Below, piece after piece: positions 18,994 to 29,027 of a DNA stretch of 32,000 nt. Made by a program: the position numbers and the translations under genes. The notes below the pieces were generated by a model, which saw only the letters and a program-made list of their open reading frames with translations, made no database searches and was not told where the DNA came from. The DNA is from Exiguobacterium sp. 9-2 (GTDB taxonomy: Bacteria > Bacillota > Bacilli > Exiguobacteriales > Exiguobacteriaceae). The number at the start of each line of letters is the position of its first letter. Position 1 is the stretch's first letter. The DNA is taken from the NCBI RefSeq assembly GCF_036287235.1, contig NZ_CP142850.1:2291336-2323335 (forward strand), written 5' to 3'.

Positions 18994-20064
18994 TTACTTG
19001 ACTTGCAATGTTGCAAGCGTCGTCGTATCAAGATTCGTGACGAGTTTTCGTAGCAATTCCTTCGCCGCATCATAATCATCTGTATGCATGATCGATGCGT
19101 GCGTATGGATATAACGTGCCGGTAAACCAACGACTGTTGTTGGAATACCATTGTTCGAGCGATGGATGACACCGCCGTCCGTTCCACCTGCACCGACGTA
19201 GTATTGATACGGAATCTTGTTCGATTCTGCCGTATCAAGGACATAATCCGTCATCTCTTTCGAAAGAATCATGACGCTGTCTTTAATACGGAGTAATGGT
19301 CCTTGTCCGAGTTGACCAAATTCCGTTTTGTCTCCTGACGCATCATTGGCAGGAGACGCATCGACGACGAACGCCACATCAGGATCGATAAGCGTCGTCG
19401 CTGTTTGGGCACCGCGCAATCCGACTTCTTCTTGAACCGTTGCACCAGAGAACAAAATGTTCGGATGATCCGCTGCTGTCGTCTCCTCCAACAATTCGAT
19501 TGCCATTCCGACACCATAGCGGTTATCCCATGCTTTCGCCATGATTTTCTTCGGATTCGCCATCGGTGTGAACGGGAAAAATGGTACTGCCGGAATACCC
19601 GGACGTACACCAAACGATTCCGCTTCTTCTTTTGAATCCGCACCGATATCGATGAACATGTCTTTGATTGCCATTGGCTTATTGCGTACTTCTTCTGTTA
19701 ATAAGTGTGGTGGAATCGACGCGATGACACCAGGGATGATACCGTTGTCTGTACAGATCGAGAACCGTTGGGCAAGCAATACTTGACTCCACCAACCACC
19801 GAGCGGTTGGATCCGTAACATCCCATTCTTCGTGATTTGCGTCACCATGAATGCCACTTCGTCCATGTGTCCGGCAACCATGACTTTCGGTCCTGTCGCA
19901 TCCCCTGTTCGCTTCCCGAAAATCGAACCCAGTCCATCTGTAACGATCTCGTCCGTGACAGGTGTAATGCGTTCGCGAACGAACTGACGCACCTCGTGTT
20001 CAAACCCTGGTGCCCCATTTAATTCCGTCAGTGTTCGAAATAACTCTCTCGTTTTTTCATTCAT
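18994..20064 (-). CDS. ytoP: M42-family aminopeptidase (YtoP-like)
   Basis: '[18 protein letters not shown]', '[16 protein letters not shown]', '[14 protein letters not shown]', 'ATSPANDAS'-like '[10 protein letters not shown]', '[10 protein letters not shown]', '[15 protein letters not shown]'. Confidence 0.93.
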   Translation of the reverse strand: MNEKTRELFRTLTELNGAPGFEHEVRQFVRERITPVTDEIVTDGLGSIFGKRTGDATGPKVMVAGHMDEVAFMVTQITKNGMLRIQPLGGWWSQVLLAQRFSICTDNGIIPGVIASIPPHLLTEEVRNKPMAIKDMFIDIGADSKEEAESFGVRPGIPAVPFFPFTPMANPKKIMAKAWDNRYGVGMAIELLEETTAADHPNILFSGATVQEEVGLRGAQTATTLIDPDVAFVVDASPANDASGDKTEFGQLGQGPLLRIKDSVMILSKEMTDYVLDTAESNKIPYQYYVGAGGTDGGVIHRSNNGIPTTVVGLPARYIHTHASIMHTDDYDAAKELLRKLVTNLDTTTLATLQVK

Positions 20065-20183
20065 ATGTATCGCCTCCTGTTACCCATTATACAAAAAATT
20101 GCTTCAATCACTTAACCTTTTGTTTCTCTCTGAACGAATTATTTGGTACAGTAGGAATAGAACCTGTAAGGAGGGGAATTTTA

Positions 20184-20486
20184 ATGAAAAAACGCTATTG
20201 GATTATCGGATTGGCAGCAGCTGTCGTCGCCGCTTTCGCAGTGAAGAAGGCCGTTGACAATAAACAACTTTCTGCCGAAGAAGCGCTCGAAATCACGAAA
20301 CGCACATTTTCAGCAAAAGGACGTGTCCAAGGTGCATGGATCTCTGCAACACCGGAGGCTTACGCATATGAGTCACGTGACTACCAAAGCTATAAAGGTG
20401 GCATCTCGGTCCTTGAAGGTGATGACGAAAAAACGTATCAATTCACAGTCGATGCCGAAACTGGCGCATTACTCGAATACGCTTAA
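20184..20486 (+). CDS. Secreted or membrane-anchored PepSY-domain protein
   Basis: ATG at 20184 with aggaggggaa RBS; N-terminal TM, 'SAEEALEITKRTFSAKGRVQGAWISATPEAY...YKGGISVLEGDDEKTYQFTVDAETGALLEY'. Confidence 0.75.
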   Translation: MKKRYWIIGLAAAVVAAFAVKKAVDNKQLSAEEALEITKRTFSAKGRVQGAWISATPEAYAYESRDYQSYKGGISVLEGDDEKTYQFTVDAETGALLEYA

Positions 20487-20489
20487 TCA

Positions 20490-20527
20490 GAAGACCGTGC
20501 TTCAATCGATGAAGTACGGTCTTTTTT
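20490..20527 (+). terminator. Rho-independent terminator
   Basis: aagaccgtgcttcaatcgatgaagtacggtcttttttt. Confidence 0.85.
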
Positions 20528-20555
20528 TCACGTTCCTATAAAGGAGGTATGATTC

Positions 20556-20912
20556 ATGTCCATTCTTGCTACTATCTTCGTTTTACTTGTTTCCTTAGAG
20601 CACTTTTATATCATGGCTCTTGAAATGTTCTTTTTATCCTCTAAGGCGGCACGACGTACATTCGGACTGACGGATGAAGCGGTCGCATCTAAGCAAATCC
20701 AGACGCTTTTTGCCAATCAAGGTCTCTACAATGGATTTTTAGCTGCTGGTCTTCTGTTTGGTCTGATCCGTGAAGATATTGCTGTCCAACTGTTCTTTTT
20801 AGCTTGTGTGTTCATCGCCGCACTCTATGGCGCCTTGACGGCTAATCGTTCCATTTTACTTAAACAAGGATTACCCGCCATACTCGCTTTCATCTTTGTG
20901 TTGTTAGCATAA
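20556..20912 (+). CDS. DUF1304 family membrane protein
   Basis: 'SLEHFYIMALEMFFLSSKAARRTFGL', 'LFANQGLYNGFLAAGLLFGL', 'VFIAALYGALTANRSILLKQGLPAILAFI'; RBS aaaggaggt. Confidence 0.85.
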   Translation: MSILATIFVLLVSLEHFYIMALEMFFLSSKAARRTFGLTDEAVASKQIQTLFANQGLYNGFLAAGLLFGLIREDIAVQLFFLACVFIAALYGALTANRSILLKQGLPAILAFIFVLLA

Positions 20913-20947
20913 AAAAAAGCCTCTACCCAAACGGGTAGAGGTTTTTT
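20911..20947. terminator. Bidirectional terminator
   Basis: aaaaaaaagcctctaccc-aaac-gggtagaggtttttttg. Confidence 0.9.
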
Positions 20948-20950
20948 TGA

Positions 20951-21472
20951 TTAGCGCGGGTTATCGTTGCGCTCATAAATCGGATTCATGTATTCCGAAG
21001 TAGAGTACAAACGTGGTACGACGATGTATAAGACGATCGCTGGTACAGCGATGATCAACAACATCAAGAGTACCGGTAACCAGTAAACGACTTTTTGATG
21101 AAGATTATCCGAGTTGCTGTCGATGTATTCTTTTACGCCATCAACTTTTGCAGCGTCGGCATTCGTCAACAATTTACCGCTATCGGCATTGAAGAAGTGA
21201 ATTTCACGTTTGATTGTGATGAAGATGCCGTCACGAACTGTCTTGATGACAGCGATTCCGCCAATGACTTCTTCTCCTTTTCCGTTCGTGAACGTCTTCG
21301 GATCCTCGATTTTGACCGAACCTTTTTTATAATCGTAATGCGTCGTTGGTAATTCCTCATTTAATGCTTTTGTCATTTCTGAGGTATCAACCGCAGCAAG
21401 TACCGATTGACCGATACTTAACGCGAGAAAGAGCGCCGTTACGAAGGCTAAGCTTTTCTGCCACATCCCCAA
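20951..21472 (-). CDS. Hypothetical exported/membrane-anchored protein
   Basis: Signal-peptide-like N-terminus, extracellular middle, C-terminal TM 'VVYWLPVLLMLLIIAVPAIVLYIVVP'. Confidence 0.65.
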   Translation of the reverse strand: MGMWQKSLAFVTALFLALSIGQSVLAAVDTSEMTKALNEELPTTHYDYKKGSVKIEDPKTFTNGKGEEVIGGIAVIKTVRDGIFITIKREIHFFNADSGKLLTNADAAKVDGVKEYIDSNSDNLHQKVVYWLPVLLMLLIIAVPAIVLYIVVPRLYSTSEYMNPIYERNDNPR

Positions 21473-21582
21473 ATTCCCCCTTTACCTATAAGTACAAGTT
21501 CTTCAGTCAACAACATTGTACCAATTAATAAGAAAAAAGTGTGAAAGAAATACCAGGAAAATAAGAAAACTTTTTGTCTAAA

Positions 21583-22224
21583 TTAATTTTGGTATGTTGC
21601 TTCCATCCGATAAATTGGTTGACCCATTGAAGAAAAGCGCTCTTCATACTCTGTCCGGACGTTATCCTCCGGTTCATTCGCATGTAGATCAAGCGACATC
21701 CAGTCAAAACGCATACCGTATGCCGACATCGTCATCAGACTCGATTCAAACAACTTTCGATTGTCAGTCTTGAAATGGATTTGTCCTTTCGCAGGTAAGA
21801 TGTCTTCATACGTTGAGAGGAACGTTTTATACGTCAAACGACGTTTCGCATGGCGTGTCTTCGGCCAAGGATCCGAGAAGTTCAAATAAACGCGCGCTAC
21901 TTCACCTTTTTCGAAGTAATCACGTAAATCTTTCGCATCGACCGTCAAGACACGAACATTTGCTTGTGGAGCCTCTACTAATTTTTGAACGATCGTCACT
22001 GCTACGCTCTCAAAAAGTTCAATCGCGATGAAGTTGATCTCCGGATGTTGGTTTGCCATCCCTGTAATGAAGGCTCCTTTTCCTGACCCCACTTCGATGT
22101 AGATCGGATTATCATTTTTAAACTCTGTCGCCCAGTTTCCTTTCAGGGATGCTGGTTCTGCTATATAGATCGAGGATTGTTCCTTCATATAATCCTGTGC
22201 CCATGGTTTATGTCGTAAACGCAC
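21583..22224 (-). CDS. trmB: tRNA (guanine-N7-)-methyltransferase
   Basis: 'IYIEVGSGKGAFITGMANQHPEINFIAIE', 'YLNFSDPWPKTRHAKRRLT', 'FKTDNRKLFE'. Confidence 0.95.
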   Translation of the reverse strand: MRLRHKPWAQDYMKEQSSIYIAEPASLKGNWATEFKNDNPIYIEVGSGKGAFITGMANQHPEINFIAIELFESVAVTIVQKLVEAPQANVRVLTVDAKDLRDYFEKGEVARVYLNFSDPWPKTRHAKRRLTYKTFLSTYEDILPAKGQIHFKTDNRKLFESSLMTMSAYGMRFDWMSLDLHANEPEDNVRTEYEERFSSMGQPIYRMEATYQN

Positions 22225-22401
22225 TATCGTTCATCCTTTCCAAACTTAAATTATCCGCAGATAAGTTTATCATGATTCGGGTAATTATATAAGAACTTCT
22301 TCAATCCCGATTGAAGAATGTTCAGCAGTTCGTCACTTGAGAAACAGTGAGCAATCTACTACACTAAAGGTACGTAAGAACTAAAAAGGAGGGCTATACC
22401 A

Positions 22402-22503
22402 TGGAAGACTTCTTGATTGCTTGGGGCTCCCCCATCGTTCTCGTCATGGGCATCTGTGCCTTATTCGTCTGGGCGACTTTCGGAAAAGTCGACGTTGAAT
22501 AAG
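22402..22503 (+). CDS. Small hydrophobic protein, 33 aa (MEDFLIAWGSPIVLVMGICALFVWATFGKVDVE)
   Basis: Not in the supplied ORF list. aaaaaggagg RBS about 8 nt upstream of ATG, single TM-like stretch, terminator immediately downstream. Confidence 0.65.
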
Positions 22504-22510
22504 CGCAATC

Positions 22511-22553
22511 TCTGTACCTTGTGTAATCGTACACAAGGTACTTTTTTTATTCT
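22511..22553 (+). terminator. Terminator after the 33-aa ORF
   Basis: gtaccttgtg-taatcgta-cacaaggtac followed by ttttttt. Confidence 0.9.
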
Positions 22554-22568
22554 CTAAACGAATTTAGG

Positions 22569-22597
22569 TTGGATTTACCATGAAACAGATGTATACT
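22569..22597 (+). promoter_or_regulatory. Candidate sigma-A promoter for alsSD
   Basis: TTGGAT (22569-22574) - 17 nt - TATACT (22592-22597), about 70 nt upstream of the alsS start. Confidence 0.6.
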
Positions 22598-22665
22598 TTT
22601 TTCGAAACAGATTATTTATTACAGCTATCGAACACCAAAAAACGTTGGTAAAAAGGAGAATTGTA

Positions 22666-24357
22666 ATGAACGAAAATAAAAACAGTGATTCAAAAGAACT
22701 AGTACAGAAGAAAACAGGTGCAGACTTAGTCGTCGATTCACTCATCGAACAGGGTGTAGATTACATTTTTGGTATTCCTGGCGCCAAAATTGATTCCGTC
22801 TTCAATGTGTTACAGGATCGGGGACCTGAACTCATCGTTGCACGTCACGAACAAAATGCTGCATTCATGGCTCAAGCCATTGGTCGCTTGACAGACAAAC
22901 CAGGCGTTGTACTTGTAACATCTGGCCCAGGCGCATCAAACTTAGCGACAGGTCTTGTGACAGCAAACTCTGAAGGTGACCCAGTTGTCGCAATCGCCGG
23001 AGCCGTTACACGAGCAGACCGCTTAAAACGAACACATCAGTCCATGGACAATCAGGCACTCTTTACACCGATTACGAACTTCAGTGCAGAAGTGCAAGAT
23101 GCCGATAATATTCCAGAAGTACTGTCCAATGCTTTCCGAACAGCGGAAACAACATCTGGGGCTGCTTTCGTTAGTATCCCGCAAGACGTCGGATTGAGCG
23201 AAGCGAACGTCACGGCATTCCGTGCGGTTGAATCACCGAAGCTCGGTGTTGCACCAGAAGCTTGGGTTGAAGAAACAGCTCGTTTGATCCAAGATGCGAA
23301 GCTACCTGTCTTGTTGCTCGGTATGCGTGCGAGTCAGCCGGACGTCGTACATGCGATTCGTTCCCTGCTCAAACACGTCTCGATTCCTGTCGTCCAGACG
23401 TTCCAAGCGGCCGGCACATTATCACGTGAGCTTGAATCGAATTTCTATGGACGCGTCGGACTATTCCGTAATCAACCGGGAGATGCACTGCTCGCAGAAG
23501 CGGATCTCGTCCTCTCGATCGGCTATGACCCAATTGGCTATGATCCGAAATTCTGGAACCAACCGACGCACGACCGGACGCTTGTCCATATTGATCAAAT
23601 GCGTGCTGAAATTGACCACTTCTATCGCCCAGACCGCGAGCTTGTCGGTGATATGGCGAAAACGGTCGATGCAATCGCCGAGCGCCTGCAACCACTCACA
23701 TTACCTGAAAGTTCAGCTCAATTCCTTGAAGGATTACATCAACGTCTTGTCGATCGCGATGTTCCTCCTGTCGCGGATTCTCCGTTGACGCACCCACTCT
23801 ATTTCATGAAGACGTTACGTGAAAAAATTGCGGATGATGTCACGGTCACAGTCGACGTTGGTTCTCACTATATTTGGATGGCACGTCATTTCCGTTCGTA
23901 CGAACCACGTCACCTTCTCTTTAGTAATGGGATGCAAACGCTTGGTGTCGCGCTTCCTTGGGCAATCGCAGCAACACTCGTACGTCCTGGTAAGAAGGCC
24001 GTCTCGATTTCAGGTGATGGTGGATTCCTCTTCTCGGCGATGGAACTTGAGACAGCTGTTCGTTTGAACTCACCACTTGTCCACTTCGTATGGCGTGATA
24101 GCGGATTCGACATGGTCGCGTTCCAACAAGAGATGAAATACAAACGGAAATCCGGTACGTCATTTGGTGACGTCGATCTCGTCAAATATGCTGAGAGTTT
24201 CGGAGCAAAAGGATTACGCGTCAATCATCCATCTGAACTAGCCGCAATCATGGATGAAGCACTCGCGACAGAAGGACCAGTCATCGTCGATGTTCCGATT
24301 GATTATCGCGACAACATCGCGCTCGGAGAACAAGTTCATCTCGATCAATTGAACTGA
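22666..24357 (+). CDS. alsS: Acetolactate synthase, catabolic
   Basis: '[34 protein letters not shown]', '[39 protein letters not shown]', TPP motif '[32 protein letters not shown]'; ATG at 22666 with aaaaggag RBS. Confidence 0.95.
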   Translation: MNENKNSDSKELVQKKTGADLVVDSLIEQGVDYIFGIPGAKIDSVFNVLQDRGPELIVARHEQNAAFMAQAIGRLTDKPGVVLVTSGPGASNLATGLVTANSEGDPVVAIAGAVTRADRLKRTHQSMDNQALFTPITNFSAEVQDADNIPEVLSNAFRTAETTSGAAFVSIPQDVGLSEANVTAFRAVESPKLGVAPEAWVEETARLIQDAKLPVLLLGMRASQPDVVHAIRSLLKHVSIPVVQTFQAAGTLSRELESNFYGRVGLFRNQPGDALLAEADLVLSIGYDPIGYDPKFWNQPTHDRTLVHIDQMRAEIDHFYRPDRELVGDMAKTVDAIAERLQPLTLPESSAQFLEGLHQRLVDRDVPPVADSPLTHPLYFMKTLREKIADDVTVTVDVGSHYIWMARHFRSYEPRHLLFSNGMQTLGVALPWAIAATLVRPGKKAVSISGDGGFLFSAMELETAVRLNSPLVHFVWRDSGFDMVAFQQEMKYKRKSGTSFGDVDLVKYAESFGAKGLRVNHPSELAAIMDEALATEGPVIVDVPIDYRDNIALGEQVHLDQLN

Positions 24358-24368
24358 GGAGGATTCAC

Positions 24369-25082
24369 ATGACACACGATAAAACGCTCGTCCAGATTTC
24401 AACGATGATGGCACTGCTCGACGGAGTATTCGAGAGTGAAGTCACATACGCGTCCGTTCTTGATCAACGAAATTTTGGTATCGGAACGTTCGACCACTTG
24501 GATGGTGAGATGATTGGTTTTGATGGTCAGTTCTACCAGCTCCGTTCAGACGGTAGCGCTCGGCCACTTCAGCCTGAGACGACAACGCCGTTTGCGACAT
24601 TGACCCGTTTCGTGCCAGAGCAAACGCTCTCCGTGACAGAAGAGATGTCAAAATCGGAATTCGAACACTGGTTGAATGAACAACTACCGACGATCAATAG
24701 TTTTTATGCCGTTCGAATTGATGGAACGTTCACAGAGGTGCAGACACGTACCGTCGCACGTCAAGAGAAACCGTTCGTTCCAATCACGGAAGCTGTCGCC
24801 TCTCAAAGCGCGCGTACTTTCGAACAAACGGAAGGAACACTCGCCGGTTACTACACACCACGGTTCGGTCACGGTATCGCCGTCGCTGGATATCATCTTC
24901 ATTTCATCGATGCTGAACGCGCGGGCGGAGGCCATGTCTTTGACTACACGGTCAAGAACGTCACCGTCACATTCGAAGAAAAACCGCAGCTTGATTTACG
25001 TTTACCAACGACTGAAGCGTATCGGTCGGCGGATCTTGAAAGTCATGATATTGAAAAAGAGATTAAAATCGCAGAAGGTTAA
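24369..25082 (+). CDS. alsD: Alpha-acetolactate decarboxylase
   Basis: 'FGIGTFDHLDGEMIGFDGQFYQLRSDG', 'ALLDGVFES', 'AGYHLHFIDAERAGGGHVFDY'. Confidence 0.95.
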   Translation: MTHDKTLVQISTMMALLDGVFESEVTYASVLDQRNFGIGTFDHLDGEMIGFDGQFYQLRSDGSARPLQPETTTPFATLTRFVPEQTLSVTEEMSKSEFEHWLNEQLPTINSFYAVRIDGTFTEVQTRTVARQEKPFVPITEAVASQSARTFEQTEGTLAGYYTPRFGHGIAVAGYHLHFIDAERAGGGHVFDYTVKNVTVTFEEKPQLDLRLPTTEAYRSADLESHDIEKEIKIAEG

Positions 25083-25084
25083 TC

Positions 25085-25125
25085 AAAAAAGCGTGTCGTT
25101 CCTTTTCGGAATGACACGCTTTTTA
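25085..25125. terminator. Bidirectional terminator between alsD and the phosphotransferase gene
   Basis: aaaaaagcgtgtcgttcc-ttttc-ggaatgacacgcttttt. Confidence 0.9.
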
Positions 25126-25923
25126 GTCGTTCGAGTATTCAAGTAACTGTTCTAGAAAATGATAGCTGTCCTCGACATCCGGATGACGCATATCTTCATA
25201 CCAATACAAGGATAATACAGCTTGCGCTACGACATACCAATGCATTCGTTGTTTCAGATCATTCGTCAACGGATGACCATAATGCTCAAACCATTCGGGC
25301 CAAGCCGCTTCATCGACATAACTGTATAACATCATCCCGAGGTCATACGCACGGTCGGCAATGATCGCATCATCCCAGTCGTTCAGGTAGAGTTGACCGT
25401 CCGCTCCCGTCAACCAATTATTATGATTTAGATCTGAATGACAGACGACTTGTTCATCCGTTCTTACTTGCTCCAGATTTCGTTCGAGATAATCCATCGC
25501 AAGTTCTACCAGTTCTGGATTCTCTAAGTCTTCTGGTTGAAAATATAAGTGACATTGGCGCAATAACTCATCAGGCTCGATCGGACGTTGGTCAAGCTGT
25601 TGTAGCATGAACAGCAATTCCTTCGAATCATGGATTTTCCCAAGCAAACGCGCCACTTCCGGACGTTCCATCATTTCCGGCTCCAACTCGTCGCCTTCAA
25701 TGAATTGTTGCGCACTGATGACATCCCCGCTATAGATTCGTTTCGTCCATAATAATTTCGGGACGATTCCGTCCGCGGATAAAATCGCCAAGAACGGCGA
25801 TGAATTTCGTTTTAAGAACAATTTTGATTGTCCGGTTGAAGCGATGTACGCTTCTCCTGTGATTCCACCTGCTGGCGTAAGGGTCCAGCCTTCGCCAAGC
25901 GCATCTAAAATATCTATTTCCAT
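25123..25923 (-). CDS. ytmP: Aminoglycoside/choline-kinase-like phosphotransferase (YtmP-like)
   Basis: 'LFLKRNSSPFLAILSADGIVPKLLWTKR', 'VVCHSDLNHNNWLTGADGQLYLNDWDDAIIADRAYDL'. Confidence 0.85.
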   Translation of the reverse strand: MEIDILDALGEGWTLTPAGGITGEAYIASTGQSKLFLKRNSSPFLAILSADGIVPKLLWTKRIYSGDVISAQQFIEGDELEPEMMERPEVARLLGKIHDSKELLFMLQQLDQRPIEPDELLRQCHLYFQPEDLENPELVELAMDYLERNLEQVRTDEQVVCHSDLNHNNWLTGADGQLYLNDWDDAIIADRAYDLGMMLYSYVDEAAWPEWFEHYGHPLTNDLKQRMHWYVVAQAVLSLYWYEDMRHPDVEDSYHFLEQLLEYSND

Positions 25924-25974
25924 TATAATCCGCTCAACTTTTTTAGTAGATTTGCCTAAGGCACAATGCTTATC

Positions 25975-28179
25975 TTAACACGTCGCAATCGTCGTTGACA
26001 ACGGAAGGACTTGAATCCTATCGACACCTTTCAGAAGCGGGTCGACCGAGGCATCATCCCCTTGGACATGTACATTCCAGCGCGAGTGATCGAGTGAGAC
26101 TTCCACGATTTCGTGCGTCGTATTGTAGACAACGAGCGTGCGTTGCCACGCATCGTACGAATGGATCGCTTCGACTTCGTAGGCGATGACACCCGGACGT
26201 AAGTTGATGAAACGAAGCAGTTCTCGAACCTGATTCGCCCGGTGTAGACGGAATCCGCCATGCATTCTACGAATTTGTAAAATCGTCTTGATATACGTAA
26301 CGAGTGAGAGATGATCATCCCGGCGTTCCCAGTCCATTCGGTTGATTTCGTCCGATGCATTATAACTGTTTTCGACACCTTGTTTCGTACGCAAGAACTC
26401 TTGACCCGCATGCAGAAACGGAATGCCTTGCGCAAGCAAAGCGATCGTTTGAGCTAATCGACTCATCCGTAATAACTGAAGTTCGTCTGCTTCCGGACAG
26501 GAGATCTTCAATTTGTCGTACAGCGTATGGTTATCGTGCGCCTCGACATAGTTGATCGAATACGTCGGTTCCGGAAAACGTCCATACGTTTGGTTATCGA
26601 TATGAACACTACCCGCAATCCCGTTTCGGACCTCTCCTTCTTTCCATCCGTCTCCGGCAACGAATCCTCGATCGTATGCACTGAACGTCGATCCTTTCAA
26701 GGCATCACGGAACACGTCATTAAAATGAGCGATTCGCGGCATTTGCGCAGCCGAGGCGCTCATCGCTTTGAATCGTTCCGGCAACGCCGTCGCAAGATCC
26801 CAGCCCTCTCCATACACAAGAATCGTAGGATCAATCGCATCGAGTGCTGCACGTACTTCATTCATCGTCTCAATGTCATGAATGCCCATTAAATCAAATC
26901 GAAACGCATCAATGCGGTAGACACGAGCAAAGTACGTCAAGCAATCAACGATGAGTCGACGCATCATGAATCGCTCGGATGCGGTATCGTTTCCAACACC
27001 CGTTCCGTTTGAGAGCGTGCCGTCTACTTCGTAACGGAAATAATAACCCGGAACGAGCTGTTCAAGAGAGGAACGCTCCCGAACAAAAACGTGGTTCATG
27101 ACGACATCGAACGTAACACGAATCCCTGCTTCATGGAGTCGCTCCACCATATCCGCGTATTCTCGGACGCGAACGAGCGGTGCGACCGAACTCGCGTAGC
27201 TCCCAGCTAATCCGAACCAAAGCATCGGATCGTATCCCCAGTTATATGGCGACCTTGTTCGTTCATCGGTCGTTTCGAAGAAGTGGACCGGTAACAGCTG
27301 CAGATGCGTAATCCCGAGATCAAGAAGATAATCAAGACCTGTCGCATGTCCACGAGAAGAAACTGTTCCACGTTCCGCCACCCCTGCATATTGTCCTGGA
27401 TGACTTGAACCAGCGGAACGATCAATCGTAAAATCGCGAATATTTGCTTCATAGATGACAGCGTCCGACGGTTTGACGAACAGAGGACGCGCGACTCGCT
27501 TTGGAAACCACTCGGAAATCGTCTGTTCAACGTCGGCGATGACACCGTAACGACCGTTCTCCGATATCGCATGAGCGTATGGATCGACGACTTCATGTGT
27601 GCCAACGTACGTCGTCACTTCATAGCGGTACCATCGTTCTGCTGATTCTTGCCCAAGTCGAAGGTGATAGGTACCTTGCTCTTGTCGCTCCATCTTGTGT
27701 CTTCCGAGTACCTGTTCATCTTGATCGTATACGATACACACGATTTGCTCTGCGACAGGCGACCAGACAGCAAAATGATACGTATCGTCTTCTTCCCAGA
27801 CACCGAGCTTCTCTTCGTAACGGTACTTTCGCTCGAACGCTTCCGTCCGAACTAATCGATCAGGAACGACACGGATTGACCTGCCTGCTCCGAACACCTC
27901 ATAGCGGCATTCTAACTCGACTGGTTCAAGAACCGTTAACTCATAAATCACGAACTGTTCCTCTCGATGCGTTTCGGTCTGTTGAATTTCAAGCGGTTTC
28001 CCATCACATTCAAGCGACCAGTGGATTGACGGATTGCCTTCGACCTCGACTCGGATGCTTCGAAACGATGAGAACTCTGCCCGGATCACCGGTATTACCA
28101 CCTCTTGGTTCGTCATGTCTTTCGCAACGACAATGCCGTCGCTTCCTCCCCTACTCTTGAATTCCTGACTGCCCTTCAC
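25975..28179 (-). CDS. pulA: Type I pullulanase (GH13); exact start uncertain
   Basis: 'YEANIRDFTIDRSAG', 'YNWGYDPMLWFGL', 'GIRVTFDVVMNHVF', 'IDAFRFDLMGIHD', 'VEAHDNHTLYDKL'. The first ATG/GTG choices lack a clear RBS, and the ORF overlaps the upstream gene by 29 nt. Confidence 0.93.
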   Translation of the reverse strand: MKGSQEFKSRGGSDGIVVAKDMTNQEVVIPVIRAEFSSFRSIRVEVEGNPSIHWSLECDGKPLEIQQTETHREEQFVIYELTVLEPVELECRYEVFGAGRSIRVVPDRLVRTEAFERKYRYEEKLGVWEEDDTYHFAVWSPVAEQIVCIVYDQDEQVLGRHKMERQEQGTYHLRLGQESAERWYRYEVTTYVGTHEVVDPYAHAISENGRYGVIADVEQTISEWFPKRVARPLFVKPSDAVIYEANIRDFTIDRSAGSSHPGQYAGVAERGTVSSRGHATGLDYLLDLGITHLQLLPVHFFETTDERTRSPYNWGYDPMLWFGLAGSYASSVAPLVRVREYADMVERLHEAGIRVTFDVVMNHVFVRERSSLEQLVPGYYFRYEVDGTLSNGTGVGNDTASERFMMRRLIVDCLTYFARVYRIDAFRFDLMGIHDIETMNEVRAALDAIDPTILVYGEGWDLATALPERFKAMSASAAQMPRIAHFNDVFRDALKGSTFSAYDRGFVAGDGWKEGEVRNGIAGSVHIDNQTYGRFPEPTYSINYVEAHDNHTLYDKLKISCPEADELQLLRMSRLAQTIALLAQGIPFLHAGQEFLRTKQGVENSYNASDEINRMDWERRDDHLSLVTYIKTILQIRRMHGGFRLHRANQVRELLRFINLRPGVIAYEVEAIHSYDAWQRTLVVYNTTHEIVEVSLDHSRWNVHVQGDDASVDPLLKGVDRIQVLPLSTTIATC

Positions 28180-29026
28180 TTAGAATTGCCATTTGAAACG
28201 GGATCGATACGGTCTCTTTTAGGATTTTTTCACACACCCGCATCTGAAACGCTTTTGTATGCGGCGCACTTGCATTCATTCGTTGCAGCCAGTTTGGAAA
28301 CTCGACTTTATTGACGTAAGTCGTCGTCGTCTCTTTTGGAATCTGATCAAAATAACCTGAAGGTGCTAAAATGACTCGTTCGATCGGCAAGACATAATCT
28401 CGCCCAAGTACGACTCGTAGAATATCTTCCGTCCGCTTTAAACCGATGTTCGGATTCAAAATTTGTTTTGTGGATGCCTTGAACGGTTGTTCCCGCCACA
28501 ACTTATCTCGCCGGATATGATAGATACTTTCGTCACCGTCAAGCCATTCCATGATATAAATCGCGGATGGACCGACGACGAACGGACTCAATTCGACTTC
28601 CCCGACTTGATATTGAATGACGGTGCGATAAAACATTGCATACTGTTCATTCAAGAGGTGTAACATCTGATAAAAGTCTAAATGACGTTTTAACGGAATC
28701 CGCCAAATGTCCTCTTCGCCCGCTCCACCAGTGACGTTTAATAATTTTTGTAACTCGAGACGTTTTTTGTACCATTTATCAAACGCTCTTCGAGATAATT
28801 GTTTACCCGGAAGTTGAATGACTTCGCTTTTTTTCATCACTTGCCACCACTTCTTCGGACGGATGAGCGTTTCCCCGGGAAATAATTCTCCAGCCTCCCA
28901 TCTACGATAGACATGAGCGTAATCAAGCGCCTGATGTTCACCGAACCGTTTTGTCATCTCAAGCGGATTTTTTTCAAATCGACTATCTAAGTCATATAGT
29001 TTCATCAAGATTGCGATGTGGATCAC
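28151..29026 (-). CDS. Conserved-looking hypothetical protein, function not recognised
   Basis: 291-aa ORF tightly packed between thpR and pulA; GTG start at 29026 with agagg, alternative ATG at 29005. Confidence 0.8.
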   Translation of the reverse strand: MIHIAILMKLYDLDSRFEKNPLEMTKRFGEHQALDYAHVYRRWEAGELFPGETLIRPKKWWQVMKKSEVIQLPGKQLSRRAFDKWYKKRLELQKLLNVTGGAGEEDIWRIPLKRHLDFYQMLHLLNEQYAMFYRTVIQYQVGEVELSPFVVGPSAIYIMEWLDGDESIYHIRRDKLWREQPFKASTKQILNPNIGLKRTEDILRVVLGRDYVLPIERVILAPSGYFDQIPKETTTTYVNKVEFPNWLQRMNASAPHTKAFQMRVCEKILKETVSIPFQMAILSEGQSGIQE

Positions 29027-29027
29027 C

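Noticed and set aside
22580-22651. 23-aa ORF ([23 protein letters not shown]) before alsS considered as leader peptide
   Set aside because: Its ATG falls between the -35 and -10 of the best promoter, so it would not be in the transcript; RBS is also weak.
23294-23788. 164-aa ORF in another frame of alsS
   Set aside because: Completely inside alsS, Ser/Arg-rich out-of-frame product.
27579-28160. 193-aa plus-strand ORF antisense to pulA
   Set aside because: Lies opposite a confident GH13 pullulanase; composition (R/H/L-rich) is typical of antisense frames.
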